Shown here in pieces: positions 40,985 to 50,311 of a stretch of 64,000 nt of DNA. Both the position numbers and the translations under genes were made by a program. The stretch comes from an uncultured Bacteriovoracaceae bacterium (GTDB taxonomy: Bacteria > Desulfobacterota > Desulfomonilia > UBA1062). The notes beneath the pieces are model-generated. The model was not told the DNA's origin. It searched no databases and saw only the letters and a list, made by a program, of their open reading frames with translations. The stretch is from positions 412 to 64,411 of the forward strand of contig CAZUDI010000015.1 of the NCBI GenBank assembly GCA_964618975.1. The letters run 5' to 3'. Every line of letters starts with the position of its first letter. Position 1 is the stretch's first letter.

Positions 40985-42337
40985 TTATTCCTGACGCTGG
41001 CGCATCGGGAATAGTGCTACCATGAGACCGATGAGGAACAGTACGCCCGTCGCGGACGGGGTTGAGGCCGTGTCGATGTAGCAGGTTCCGCCGTCGCTGC
41101 CGCCGCCCGAGGCGGCTGCCAGGGTGTTGGCGTCGGCGTTCTGTGAGGAGGGGGCATTCCACTCGCGTTTGTCGGGAATGGAGTGGAGGCTCTCATTGGC
41201 CAGGGCATTGGACGCATTCACGCATCCGCCGCTCTCGAGGAGCACTTCGGTATAGCCCTCGTCCATGACCGAGGTCATCACGAGGCGTTCGCGCACCTCC
41301 TGATATCCCAACTCCGGGAACTGGGCGATCACCATGGCGGCGATGGCCGAGACGAAGGGGGCGGCATACGAGGTTCCCGAGGCATAGGAATACGGCCCGC
41401 CATCGTTGTCCGTGGTTTTGAGCCCCTGCCCGGGGGCGGCCAGGTCGACGCTGTAGTATCCGTAGTTGGACCAGCTGGCCAAGTCTCCGTACTGGTTCAT
41501 TGCCGCCACCGCGATCACGTTTTCCGTGGTGTAGTTGGATGGGTAGTGAGCCACCTCGTCGTTGTTCTCGCCGGAATTGCCCGCGGAGCAGATAAAGAGC
41601 ACACCGTTGGCGCGGGCGTAGTCGATGGCATCCTCCAGGGCGCTGGAATAGGAGTCGAAGCCCCAGCTGGCATTGATGATGTCGGCCCCCTGATCGACGG
41701 CATAGTAGATGGCGCTGATGGCATCCGAGATATAGCCCCGACCATCGCTCTGCAGGAACTTGAGCGGCATGATCCGCACATTGACGTTCCAGGCCACCCC
41801 GGCATAGCAGAAGGCGTTGTTGGCCTTGGCGCCGATGATGCCGGCGACCCGAGTACCATGGCCATAATCGTCATCCGGGTTGTTGTCGCTATTGGCGAAG
41901 TCATAACCGTCCAGAAGGATGTCCTCCAGTTCGGGATGATCCAGGTCCACGCCCGAATCGATCACGGCCACCACGACCTCGCTGCCCGGGCCACGATCCT
42001 CGATGAAGTCCCAGGCCTGGGGCAGGCCCACGTCGGTCCACTGGGTCGCGGTATAGCCCCAGTCGCCGGGGACGCTCTCGGCCTCGACCAGGTAGTTGGG
42101 TTCGGCATACTCCACATCCGGACGCTGTTGGAGGTCCGCGAGTGCCTGGCGGGTGTCGTCGACGGCGATCACCGCGGCGCGCTGCTCGGTTTCACCGATG
42201 ACCCGCGCGCTGACCAGGGACTGACTCCTGAATTTGACGATGAGCTCGCCGGGTTTGTACTCCGCGGCCATGAGCGGAAGGCCCATGACGAACAGAAACA
42301 TAACCGTCATTGCTGCTGAGAAACGTAACACTTTCAT
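40985..42337 (-). CDS. secreted S8 (subtilisin-like) serine peptidase with C-terminal sorting-like tail
   Basis: Signal peptide, I9-like prodomain (VEYAEPNY), triad VIDSG / GHGT / GTSYAAP; tail GG-TCYIDT, TM helix, RQRQE. Confidence 0.9.
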   Translation of the reverse strand: MKVLRFSAAMTVMFLFVMGLPLMAAEYKPGELIVKFRSQSLVSARVIGETEQRAAVIAVDDTRQALADLQQRPDVEYAEPNYLVEAESVPGDWGYTATQWTDVGLPQAWDFIEDRGPGSEVVVAVIDSGVDLDHPELEDILLDGYDFANSDNNPDDDYGHGTRVAGIIGAKANNAFCYAGVAWNVNVRIMPLKFLQSDGRGYISDAISAIYYAVDQGADIINASWGFDSYSSALEDAIDYARANGVLFICSAGNSGENNDEVAHYPSNYTTENVIAVAAMNQYGDLASWSNYGYYSVDLAAPGQGLKTTDNDGGPYSYASGTSYAAPFVSAIAAMVIAQFPELGYQEVRERLVMTSVMDEGYTEVLLESGGCVNASNALANESLHSIPDKREWNAPSSQNADANTLAAASGGGSDGGTCYIDTASTPSATGVLFLIGLMVALFPMRQRQE

Positions 42338-42381
42338 CCTATACCCCCTGAAGCTTTTTAACGACTGTTGGGGCATGACAA

Positions 42382-42397
42382 GGCAAGAGCGGTGCCA
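42382..42397 (-). promoter_or_regulatory. sigma54 -24/-12 promoter of the S8 peptidase
   Basis: Minus strand TGGCACC-GCTC-TTGCC, 45 nt upstream of ATG 42337. Confidence 0.7.
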
Positions 42398-42503
42398 AAA
42401 AGTTGGCGAGGATGGCCATGCAAAAAATAGCCGTATAATCAATTATATATGAATGGTCAGAGAGAGGGTGACCATGTATTGACAGTTACATGGGGTACGA
42501 GGC

Positions 42504-42542
42504 TGTAACCCGGATTACAGGCCTTGCGTAATCCGGGTTACA
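42504..42542. repeat. REP-like inverted doublet
   Basis: TGTAACCCGGATTAC, 9 nt, GTAATCCGGGTTACA (15-bp perfect arms). Confidence 0.75.
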
Positions 42543-42635
42543 ATCGAGGCCAGAGCGTTCCCCGGAGGGAGACGCTCTGGCTCAGCTGCGGCCGGGGAGG
42601 CTTCCCGGTCTGATGTGCGCCGGCAGGATTTAATC

Positions 42636-42698
42636 GCCTGAGGGTCGAGTTCCCCCCTGCGTGCAGCGGCATGGCGGGTCCAGGGTTTATCCTGGGGG
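42636..42698 (+). repeat. ~70-bp dispersed intergenic repeat, copy C
   Basis: gcctgagggtcgagttcccccctgcgtgcagcgg...gggtccagggtttatcctggggg aligns with copy B. Confidence 0.75.
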
Positions 42699-42747
42699 AT
42701 TGAAGGGCACACGCTTGCGGCAGGTGCCCTTACAGAAAGGCGGCATC

Positions 42748-43539
42748 TCAGCCTCGCAATTCACGATAGGCACGGCTCAAGGCCAGGAATTGGGCGACAT
42801 CGAGTTCCTGCGGGCGGCACCTCAGGTCCACACCCCCCCTGAGGGCGAGCTCCTCCAGGTGTTCCGCGTCCATGCCGGGCAGGCTTCCCAGGGTGTTACG
42901 CAGCATCTTGCGCCTCTGGCCGAAGGTGTGGTGGATCACGGAAATGAAGAGCCTGCGTTCGGTGGGGGGTACGGGGTGATCATGCGGCATCAGATGGATG
43001 ATCATGGAGTCCACCTTGGGCCGTGGCCGGAAGTGCTCGGGCCCGATCACAAAGCCCGGCCGGGCGATGAAACTACCGGCGAGGATGACGCTGAGGCCCG
43101 AGTAGGCCCGCTCTCGCGGATGGGCGCAGATGCGTTCCCCGACCTCCCTTTGCACCATGACGACGATCGAGGAAAAATGTGCGGCATGCTCCGCCAGGGC
43201 GAGCAGAATCGGGGTGGCGATGTTATAGGGGAGGTTGGCCACGATCTTCGAGCCCGGAGGTGTCAGTTCGGCAGGGTTGAGCTTCAGGATGTCGCCGGTG
43301 ATTACGGTGACGTCTGCATGAAGCGCGAAGGCGCGAGCCAGATCGGCGGCCAGCCGCTCGTCCTTTTCCACCGCCACGACCCGGGCGCCGCGCCGGGCCA
43401 GCACCTTTGTGAGGGCGCCCCTGCCGGGCCCAATCTCGAGTACCCGCTCGTCGCTGGTCACCGCGGCCAGGGCGACGATGCGCTCCACTACATGCGTATC
43501 GCTCAGGAAATTTTGGCCCAGGGATCTTTTTGCATGCAT
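42748..43539 (-). CDS. rsmA: 16S rRNA m6,2A dimethyltransferase
   Basis: KRSLGQNFL, LEIGPGRG, VANLPYNI, MVQREV, PKVDS, QRRKML. Confidence 0.96.
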   Translation of the reverse strand: MHAKRSLGQNFLSDTHVVERIVALAAVTSDERVLEIGPGRGALTKVLARRGARVVAVEKDERLAADLARAFALHADVTVITGDILKLNPAELTPPGSKIVANLPYNIATPILLALAEHAAHFSSIVVMVQREVGERICAHPRERAYSGLSVILAGSFIARPGFVIGPEHFRPRPKVDSMIIHLMPHDHPVPPTERRLFISVIHHTFGQRRKMLRNTLGSLPGMDAEHLEELALRGGVDLRCRPQELDVAQFLALSRAYRELRG

Positions 43540-43785
43540 GTCGCCTGCCCCCTCCTTGACTCTGCCGCCCCTTGTTCAGGCATCTCCCCCTTGCGTGGTC
43601 CATCAAGAGAGGATTGCACGAATCTGCCAGAGGGTGCGAGCCGCTGTCAATGCCAGAACGACGCTCGAGACGTTTCAGGCAGGATGCAAACCGTAACACG
43701 CGGCTTTACTCATGGGGCAAAGGCGGTTATGCTCGGCTGTAGAACGGGCTGCCGCCAAGGAGGCTCGTTGGGAAGGAGGGGCGGC

Positions 43786-44940
43786 GTGAACTTCGCATTC
43801 TCCACCGTCGGGCGCATCGTCTTCGGCGCCGGGGAGCTGCGGTGCATACCCGCGGAGGTGCGTTCCCGCGGAAAGCGCGTGCTGGTGCTCACAGGGGCCA
43901 ACATCGAACGCACGGTCGGGCTGAGGGAGGCCCTCAAGGGGTGCGGGGTCGCGGTCACGCTCTTCCAGGTCGCCCATGAGCCCACCACCTCCCTGGTGCT
44001 GGAGGGGGTGGAACTGGCACGGCAGGCACACTGCGACTGCCTCCTGGCGGTGGGCGGCGGCAGTGTCCTGGATGCCGGCAAGGCCATTGCGGCGCTTGTA
44101 ACCAATGCCGGCGAGCTCATGGACTATCTCGAGGTCATCGGCCGGGCGCGGCCACTTACCTGCGCCCCGATGCCGCTGATCGCCGTGCCAACGACCGCGG
44201 GCACGGGCGCCGAGGTGACGCGCAACGCCGTGCTCTTCTCCCCCGAGCACGGGCTCAAGGTGAGTCTCCGATCGGACCTGCTGCTTCCCTGGCTGGCGGT
44301 GGTGGACCCCGAAATGGGGCGATCTTTGCCCCCCGGGGTGACGATGGCCACGGGCCTGGATGCCCTGACGCAACTTCTGGAGGCCTTTGTCTCGCGTCGG
44401 GCGAACCCCCTGACGGACGGCCTCTGCCGTGAGGGGTTGGCGCGGGTGGGAGATTGCCTGCCGCGGGCCTGTGAGCGCGGTGACGACCTGCAGGCACGGG
44501 AGGGCATGGCCCTGGCGAGCCTTTTGAGCGGCATGGCCCTGGCCAATGCCGGGCTGGGCGCGGTGCACGGGCTGGCGGCGCCGCTGGGCGGAATCACCGC
44601 GGCCCCGCACGGGATGCTCTGCGCCTGCATGTTGCCGTACGTCATGGAGGCCAATGTGCTGGCCCTTAGGCGGTCGGACCCCAACCACCCGGTGCTGGAC
44701 CGCTACGGGGAGGCGGCGCGGCTCATCACCGGCCATGCAGATGCCACCTGCGACAATGCGGCGGCCTGGGTCAGGCGCCTGAGTTCGCAGTACGGCACGC
44801 CTTCCCTGGCGGGGTTGGGCCTGCAGCCGCTCCAGATACCGGACCTGGTGCTGAAGGCCCAGGGCGCGAGCAGCATGCGAGGCAACCCCATCGAGCTGAG
44901 CGACAGGGAACTGGAGGGTATTCTGAAGTCGGCCCTCTAA
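43786..44940 (+). CDS. iron-containing alcohol dehydrogenase
   Basis: GTG after AAGGAGG; GGGSVLDAGK, PTTAGTGAE, DALTQ, LGAVHGLA, HG. The track's 375-aa N-terminal extension is antisense shadow of rsmA. Confidence 0.92.
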   Translation: MNFAFSTVGRIVFGAGELRCIPAEVRSRGKRVLVLTGANIERTVGLREALKGCGVAVTLFQVAHEPTTSLVLEGVELARQAHCDCLLAVGGGSVLDAGKAIAALVTNAGELMDYLEVIGRARPLTCAPMPLIAVPTTAGTGAEVTRNAVLFSPEHGLKVSLRSDLLLPWLAVVDPEMGRSLPPGVTMATGLDALTQLLEAFVSRRANPLTDGLCREGLARVGDCLPRACERGDDLQAREGMALASLLSGMALANAGLGAVHGLAAPLGGITAAPHGMLCACMLPYVMEANVLALRRSDPNHPVLDRYGEAARLITGHADATCDNAAAWVRRLSSQYGTPSLAGLGLQPLQIPDLVLKAQGASSMRGNPIELSDRELEGILKSAL

Positions 44941-45068
44941 AGGGTGGGAGAGGCGTTCCCTGTTGACACTGCCGGACGATACCGCTAGAGGGTCTGGGAG
45001 GCGGGGAGTGTTTGGGCCGGGCCCCGCGGCAGGGATAAGGCGGCGCATCCTGAAGGGAAGGTGGAGAT

Positions 45069-45548
45069 ATGTATCTGGTAGAGGGGGTCATGGTGATGTC
45101 CCTGGTAGTGGGGGTGGGATTACCCCTGTGGGTGCTGCGGGACAAGATGGCGCGTATGGTATGGAAAAGGCTGGGGGGCGGTGTTCTGATCCTGGGCATG
45201 ACGTTCTTCTGTGCCGGAGGCCTGTATGTGAGGGCCCCCTTTGTGGCCATGGCCTGTCTGGGTGTCGGCGTCCTGACCATGTCCCTGTGCACGCTGCTGG
45301 CGGCCGGATATCTGGGCAGAGCCAGAGGGTCGGGTTGTATACAGCCCCCCCCTGCCATTGGGCCGTCCTCTCCGCCTGTCGACGCGGAGGGCTCCCCGCT
45401 GGGGTGGGCTGACCTCTCAGGAGGGGATGGGGATGACCGTGCGCAGCGCATACGGCAGTTCATCGATGAGATAGACACGGTAGTTCTGGCCCTGAAAATG
45501 CGTATTGGCATTGCGGCCGGGGCGCAATGCGGCCGGCACAACAGCTGA
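45069..45548 (+). CDS. hypothetical membrane protein
   Basis: GGAG SD, about three hydrophobic helices then a short soluble tail; TTGACA-N17-TAGAGG at 44963-44991. Confidence 0.55.
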   Translation: MYLVEGVMVMSLVVGVGLPLWVLRDKMARMVWKRLGGGVLILGMTFFCAGGLYVRAPFVAMACLGVGVLTMSLCTLLAAGYLGRARGSGCIQPPPAIGPSSPPVDAEGSPLGWADLSGGDGDDRAQRIRQFIDEIDTVVLALKMRIGIAAGAQCGRHNS

Positions 45549-45636
45549 CAATATTAATCGACGGAATCAATAACTGATTAAAATATAAAGGTTAAATGAG
45601 GCACATGCTGGCCCTGGGACGGACATGTGCCGATCA

Positions 45637-46503
45637 TCATGCGGCGCTGGCGATGAAGCAGGCCCCCAGCAGCATGATGACCGCTCCCAGGAACCGTTCC
45701 CGGATCTGTTCCTCTCTGAAGATTAAGGCCCCGTAGAGCACCCCGAAGATCATGCTGGTACGCTTGATGGCGATCATGTAGGCGGCCTGGACCTGGGATA
45801 TCGCCAGCATGTGGCTGAAGATCATGAGCGCCATGAGGGCCCCGAGGGCCAGGCCCGACAGTGGTTGTCGGGTGAGCCTGTGGGCCGAGACCCTCGGTGC
45901 CAGGGGCATCAGAAGGAACATCAGCACCGTGAAGGCGGTAAAGTAGACCACGGCGAAGGTGCAGGCGTTCGAGTGCAGGATGGCCAGTTTGCCGAGGGAG
46001 GAGGTCAGCGAGTAGAGGAAGGCCGCCAGCAGCATCAGACGGGGGCCCTGGGCGCTGAGGATGGCCCGGAAGGGCTCCAGCAGGCCACCCTCTATACGGG
46101 AGAGATTCAGACAGTAGAAACCCGCCACAATGAGCACGATCCCCACGATCCCCGCCAGGGCGAGGGCCTCTCCCAGGAGCAGCCAGGCGGTCATGATCAT
46201 GAACAGCGGGGTGAAGGCCAGCAGGGGCAGGCAGAGCGAGAGCGGCGAGGTGCGGATGGCGCGCATGTAGCAGATGAAGGCCAGCGCCTCCAGCGGCAGG
46301 GCGCAGGCGAGGCAGACGAAAAAGGTCCGGTCCGGCCAGGTCCAGGGGATGAAGAACATGGATATGACCAGCCAGGGAAGCGTATAGGTGAGACGGATCA
46401 GCCCCATCTCATAGGCGCCCAGATGGCCGAAACGCCCCTTGGTCAGGGCGTCGGCGCTCGCCAGGCTGAAGGCCGCCAGCAGGGAAAGCGCCAACCAGGT
46501 CAT
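45637..46503 (-). CDS. EamA/DMT family transporter
   Basis: Ten-TM two-repeat pattern; AIRTSPLS...PL.AFTP, IKRTS. Confidence 0.88.
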   Translation of the reverse strand: MTWLALSLLAAFSLASADALTKGRFGHLGAYEMGLIRLTYTLPWLVISMFFIPWTWPDRTFFVCLACALPLEALAFICYMRAIRTSPLSLCLPLLAFTPLFMIMTAWLLLGEALALAGIVGIVLIVAGFYCLNLSRIEGGLLEPFRAILSAQGPRLMLLAAFLYSLTSSLGKLAILHSNACTFAVVYFTAFTVLMFLLMPLAPRVSAHRLTRQPLSGLALGALMALMIFSHMLAISQVQAAYMIAIKRTSMIFGVLYGALIFREEQIRERFLGAVIMLLGACFIASAA

Positions 46504-46727
46504 GGGGGTCCACTCGCAAGCATGTGCATGAACCACGAAAACCATATTCCGCGCCCAAGATCAATCAGGGAAAGGTAATCGCTTAAGGGCGCAATCCCCA
46601 CGGTTTGCGGCGGCAGAGATGCTTCCGTCCCTGTTCTGGGGTTGGTGCCCATAATTACTCTATGCCCCTCAACGACCTTTTCCGTATCCAGGGGGCCGCG
46701 GCCGCAATCTCCCCGAGGGGAGGGTGG

Positions 46728-46799
46728 ATGCGGCTCAAGGAAGAGGCAATCGCCGTGATTATCGGGATCGCCACCGTCATCGGGCGGTCCCTGGCGTGA
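46728..46799 (+). CDS. possible 23-aa hydrophobic peptide
   Basis: GGAGGG SD; MRLKEEAIAVIIGIATVIGRSLA. Confidence 0.25.
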   Translation: MRLKEEAIAVIIGIATVIGRSLA

Positions 46800-46946
46800 A
46801 AGCTGGCCCGCAGGGACCGCCCTCCGGCGCTTGCGGACAAGGCTCCGGCCTGCCACAGGCCCGCGGCCTCGGCCAGACGGCACCCCGATTGATGATTGAC
46901 ACGAGCGCGGGTTTCTTTATACATGGTTATGTCTGAAGGGGGCTGA

Positions 46947-47597
46947 ATGCCGAGGAAGTACCACAAAGAGACCTTCGACAAGATCTCTGGTGAGAAGCGT
47001 GAGCGTCTGCTCGCCGTGGCCACCAGCGAATTTGCCGCCAAGGGCTTCGCCGGCACCAACATCAATCATATCGCTTCCCGGGCCCGCATCAGCATCGGCT
47101 CTCTCTACCGCTATTTTGCCTCCAAGGAGGATCTCTTCCTGACCGTGCTCGATCAGGGTTATCAGGCCTTGGACCGGATCCTGTGGGAAATCATCGCGGC
47201 CGAGGGGGACCTTTTCGAGAAGATCGAGAAGATCCTGCGGGCGGCGCAGTCCTATTCCCGCGATCATCCCGCGATCATCCAGATTTACCTGGGATCCACC
47301 GGGGAGGAGGGTCTCGCGCATCTCTCCAAGGAGCTCTCGCAGAAGATCGAGAGCATCGCTGCTAACTATTACCGCTCCCTCATCGCCTCCGCGCGTACCA
47401 CCGGAATGGTAGCGCCTGACGTGGACGAAAGGGTTGCGGCCTTTTGCCTTGACAGCCTTTTTCTCATCCTCCAATTTTCGTATGCCTCCTCCTACTACAG
47501 GGAACGTATCAAAATCTTTGCCGGAGAGAATGCCCTGGACGAGGATGAACACATCATCGCCGGCATGATGCAGTTCATCCGGCGGGCGCTTTCCTAA
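46947..47597 (+). CDS. TetR/AcrR family regulator
   Basis: EFAAKGFAGTNINHIASRARISIGSLYRYFASKEDLF HTH. Confidence 0.93.
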   Translation: MPRKYHKETFDKISGEKRERLLAVATSEFAAKGFAGTNINHIASRARISIGSLYRYFASKEDLFLTVLDQGYQALDRILWEIIAAEGDLFEKIEKILRAAQSYSRDHPAIIQIYLGSTGEEGLAHLSKELSQKIESIAANYYRSLIASARTTGMVAPDVDERVAAFCLDSLFLILQFSYASSYYRERIKIFAGENALDEDEHIIAGMMQFIRRALS

Positions 47598-47928
47598 AGG
47601 CGCACAAGATACCATCCATCTCCTTGCGACAAGCGCTCCCTGCAGGAGGGTTATGCGCGGGATGCACCAGCAGAGGTTCGTTCCCCATGGGGCGTCATCC
47701 GACAGGCATGCCGGTCGAGGTGTATCGTCACGGATATGTGCAGTGCGACTTCCATCACCCCAACCAGGAATGAGCAACTGCTCGCACAAGACCGTCCTTG
47801 AGAGGGGCTGGGCCGGTGCAGTGAGAGGACCAGAGACACCAACGTAACTTTGAAGAGTATTTAGCTGCCCAATTAAACAGCTATAAAAGCATGAGCTATA
47901 GAAAGTGACCGATAACTGAGAAATATTC

Positions 47929-47981
47929 TTGCAAACAAGGATGGGATTGGTGTAATTGATTAAATGAGTGAGTGATCGCTC
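47929..47981 (+). promoter_or_regulatory. putative sigma70 promoter with downstream operator-like palindrome
   Basis: TTGCAA (47929-47934), 16 nt, TGTAAT (47951-47956, TGn-extended); imperfect palindrome GAGTGATCGCTC (47970-47981). Confidence 0.45.
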
Positions 47982-48003
47982 CATAACGAGACAGGAGGGT
48001 CGT

Positions 48004-48699
48004 ATGCACACATATCGGACATGTCAGCAGCAGGTGCTTGAATGCACCCATCGACTGACCCGGCAGGGGATTTTTGTGGGTACCGGCGGCAATGTGTCGG
48101 TACGGATTCCGGATGAAGAACTCATTGCCGTGACCCCCTCAGGCAGGGATTACCTGGGGCTGGAGACGGATGATATCTGTGTGGTGGATTATTCCGGGCG
48201 TCTGGTTCGCGGGGAGTTGCGTCCGTCCATCGAGACCGGGATGCACATCGCGATCTACCAGCATCGGCTCGATGTGGGGGCCGTGGTCCACACCCATCAG
48301 GTGGGTGCCAGTACCTTTGCCGTGATGAATATGCCGATCCCCGCCTTGTTCGATGAACAGGCCGCCAGTCTCGGCCGCGAGGTGGCACTCGTGCCCTATG
48401 GACTCAGCGGCAGCGCCGAGCTTCTGACCAACGTGAGTGCGGTGATCAGCAATCAGTGCAACGCCTTTATCCTGCAGAATCACGGCGTGCTGCTGCTGGG
48501 CGAGACGCTGGAGGAGGCCGAACGCCATGTGAGTCTGCTGGAGAAGACGGCCATGGTGTACTACCGGGCCCTGACCTCGGGGCATCCCGTCTCCGCCCTG
48601 CCGGAGGACATTGCCAACATGCTCATGGAGATTCTCAAGTCCAAACAGGCCGGCGTAATCGAGCGTAGGGCAGCGTGCTCCCCAAGCCGTGAAGCCTGA
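48004..48699 (+). CDS. class II aldolase/adducin family (fuculose-1-phosphate aldolase-like)
   Basis: GTGGNVS, VTPSG, PSIE..MH, HTH, LQNHG zinc ligands; AGGAGG SD. Confidence 0.9.
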   Translation: MHTYRTCQQQVLECTHRLTRQGIFVGTGGNVSVRIPDEELIAVTPSGRDYLGLETDDICVVDYSGRLVRGELRPSIETGMHIAIYQHRLDVGAVVHTHQVGASTFAVMNMPIPALFDEQAASLGREVALVPYGLSGSAELLTNVSAVISNQCNAFILQNHGVLLLGETLEEAERHVSLLEKTAMVYYRALTSGHPVSALPEDIANMLMEILKSKQAGVIERRAACSPSREA

Positions 48700-48720
48700 T
48701 ACCAACGAGGAGGACAGACG

Positions 48721-50160
48721 ATGAACGACTATGCCATTTCCCATTGGCCGGATACGCACGATCTTCTGGAACGGCTCTATGACCTGGCCAACCATCAACC
48801 CCTGCACCCCATCCGCCGCGACAAGATGGAGGCCTACCTCGCCTACTTCGAGGAGCACTGCCAGGGGTCCAAGCGCCTGACCGCGGAGGCCGCGACCTAT
48901 ATCCCGGGTGGTGTGCAGCACAATCTCGCCTTCAACTATCCCTTTCCCCTGGCCATCGCCCAAGCCCAGGGGGCCTATCTCTGGGACGTGGACGGTAACC
49001 GCTACATCGACTTCCTCCAGGCGGGTGGGCCGACGCTTCTGGGCAGCAATTACGAACCGGTGCAGGAACAGGTCATCCAACTCATCCGCGAGTGCAGCCC
49101 GGTCACCGGGCTCTTTCATGAGTATGAGCTCAAGCTCGCGCGGCTGATCTGTGAGCATATGCCCTCCGTGGAGATGTTCCGCATGCTCGCCAGCGGCACC
49201 GAGTCGGTTATGGCAGCCCTCCGCGCGGCACGCTGTTTCACGGACAAGCGCAAGGTGATCAAGGTCGGAGGCGGCTACCACGGCTGGAGCGACCAGATGG
49301 TCTTCGGCATGCGCATCCCCGGATTAGGGGCGCTGGATGCGCACGGCATCCCTGCGGGCAGTTATGAGCACACCCAGGAGGTTTTCCCCAACGATCTCGA
49401 TGCGCTGGAAGGATTGCTCGCGGCCAATGAGGCCGAGGGCGGCACGGCGGCCGTGATTCTGGAACCGCTGGGGCCCGAAAGCGGCACGCGGCCCGTTTTG
49501 CGCGATTACAACCAGCAGGTGCGCGGGCTCTGCGATACCTACGGCACCCTGCTCATCTTCGACGAGGTCGTCACCGGCTTCCGAGTGGGCCTCGGAGGCG
49601 CCCAGGGTTTCTTCAAGGTGCGGCCCGACCTCACGATCTTCGGCAAGTGTGTGGCCGGCGGCTATCCGGCGGCCGGCGGCGTGGGCGGCCGCCGGGATGT
49701 CATGGAATGTTTTGCTGCCGGCATCCAGGGGCTGAAGAAACGCGCCATGGTGGGCGGGACCCTCTCGGCCAATCCCCTGAGCTGTGCGGCGGGTTACTTC
49801 ACCATCAAGGCCATCGAGGAGACACAGGCCCACCTCAAGGCCGGCCGGGCCGGCGACCGCCTCACCCAGGGACTACAGGAGATCATTGCGCGCCGGCGAC
49901 TGCCCTTCATCGCCTTTAATCATGGATCGATCTGCCACCTCGAGACCTCGGCGGCCATGCTCATGGACATCAACAACCCCAAGATCTTCTCCGAGGTGGG
50001 CGAGCGCAAACATCTCATGGAGGAGGTGGGGGCGGCCCTCATGGCCGAAGGCGTAGTGACGCTGGCCGGCAGCCGGCTGTATACGAGCATGGCAGACAGC
50101 GATGATGTCATCGATGACGCGCTTGAGCGCATTGACCGTGTGATGGCGCATATTGAATGA
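48721..50160 (+). CDS. class III PLP aminotransferase, GSA-aminomutase-like but probably not HemL
   Basis: YLWDVDGNRYIDF, GTES.MAA.R.AR, GGYHG, LIFDEVVTGFR, FGK Schiff-base Lys, GGTLSANPL; GGVQHN where HemL has GGVNSP. Confidence 0.88.
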   Translation: MNDYAISHWPDTHDLLERLYDLANHQPLHPIRRDKMEAYLAYFEEHCQGSKRLTAEAATYIPGGVQHNLAFNYPFPLAIAQAQGAYLWDVDGNRYIDFLQAGGPTLLGSNYEPVQEQVIQLIRECSPVTGLFHEYELKLARLICEHMPSVEMFRMLASGTESVMAALRAARCFTDKRKVIKVGGGYHGWSDQMVFGMRIPGLGALDAHGIPAGSYEHTQEVFPNDLDALEGLLAANEAEGGTAAVILEPLGPESGTRPVLRDYNQQVRGLCDTYGTLLIFDEVVTGFRVGLGGAQGFFKVRPDLTIFGKCVAGGYPAAGGVGGRRDVMECFAAGIQGLKKRAMVGGTLSANPLSCAAGYFTIKAIEETQAHLKAGRAGDRLTQGLQEIIARRRLPFIAFNHGSICHLETSAAMLMDINNPKIFSEVGERKHLMEEVGAALMAEGVVTLAGSRLYTSMADSDDVIDDALERIDRVMAHIE

Positions 50161-50311
50161 CCCTCAGTGGACTAGGGCCCTTTTTCGATTATGGAGTAAC
50201 CGGCTTCAGGGGGTTTGCGGGGGGCATTCGGGTTTTTGCACGCTGTTTGCGCCCCATCTCTGGGGGTGGGGCGCATGGAGGTAAGGGGGTAATCTTGAGG
50301 GGAAAGACGCG

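Noticed and set aside
42661-43785. Apparent 759-aa fusion ORF ending in the alcohol dehydrogenase
   Set aside because: The first 375 codons are mostly the antisense of rsmA; a GTG with AAGGAGG at 43786 gives a normal-length enzyme
45570-45597. dif-like site in an AT-rich gap (ends GGTTAAAT)
   Set aside because: Only the XerD-like arm partly matches; the XerC arm does not
48721-50160. Calling the class III aminotransferase hemL
   Set aside because: Substrate-loop motif differs, there is an N-terminal extension, and the neighbours are sugar-catabolic rather than heme genes
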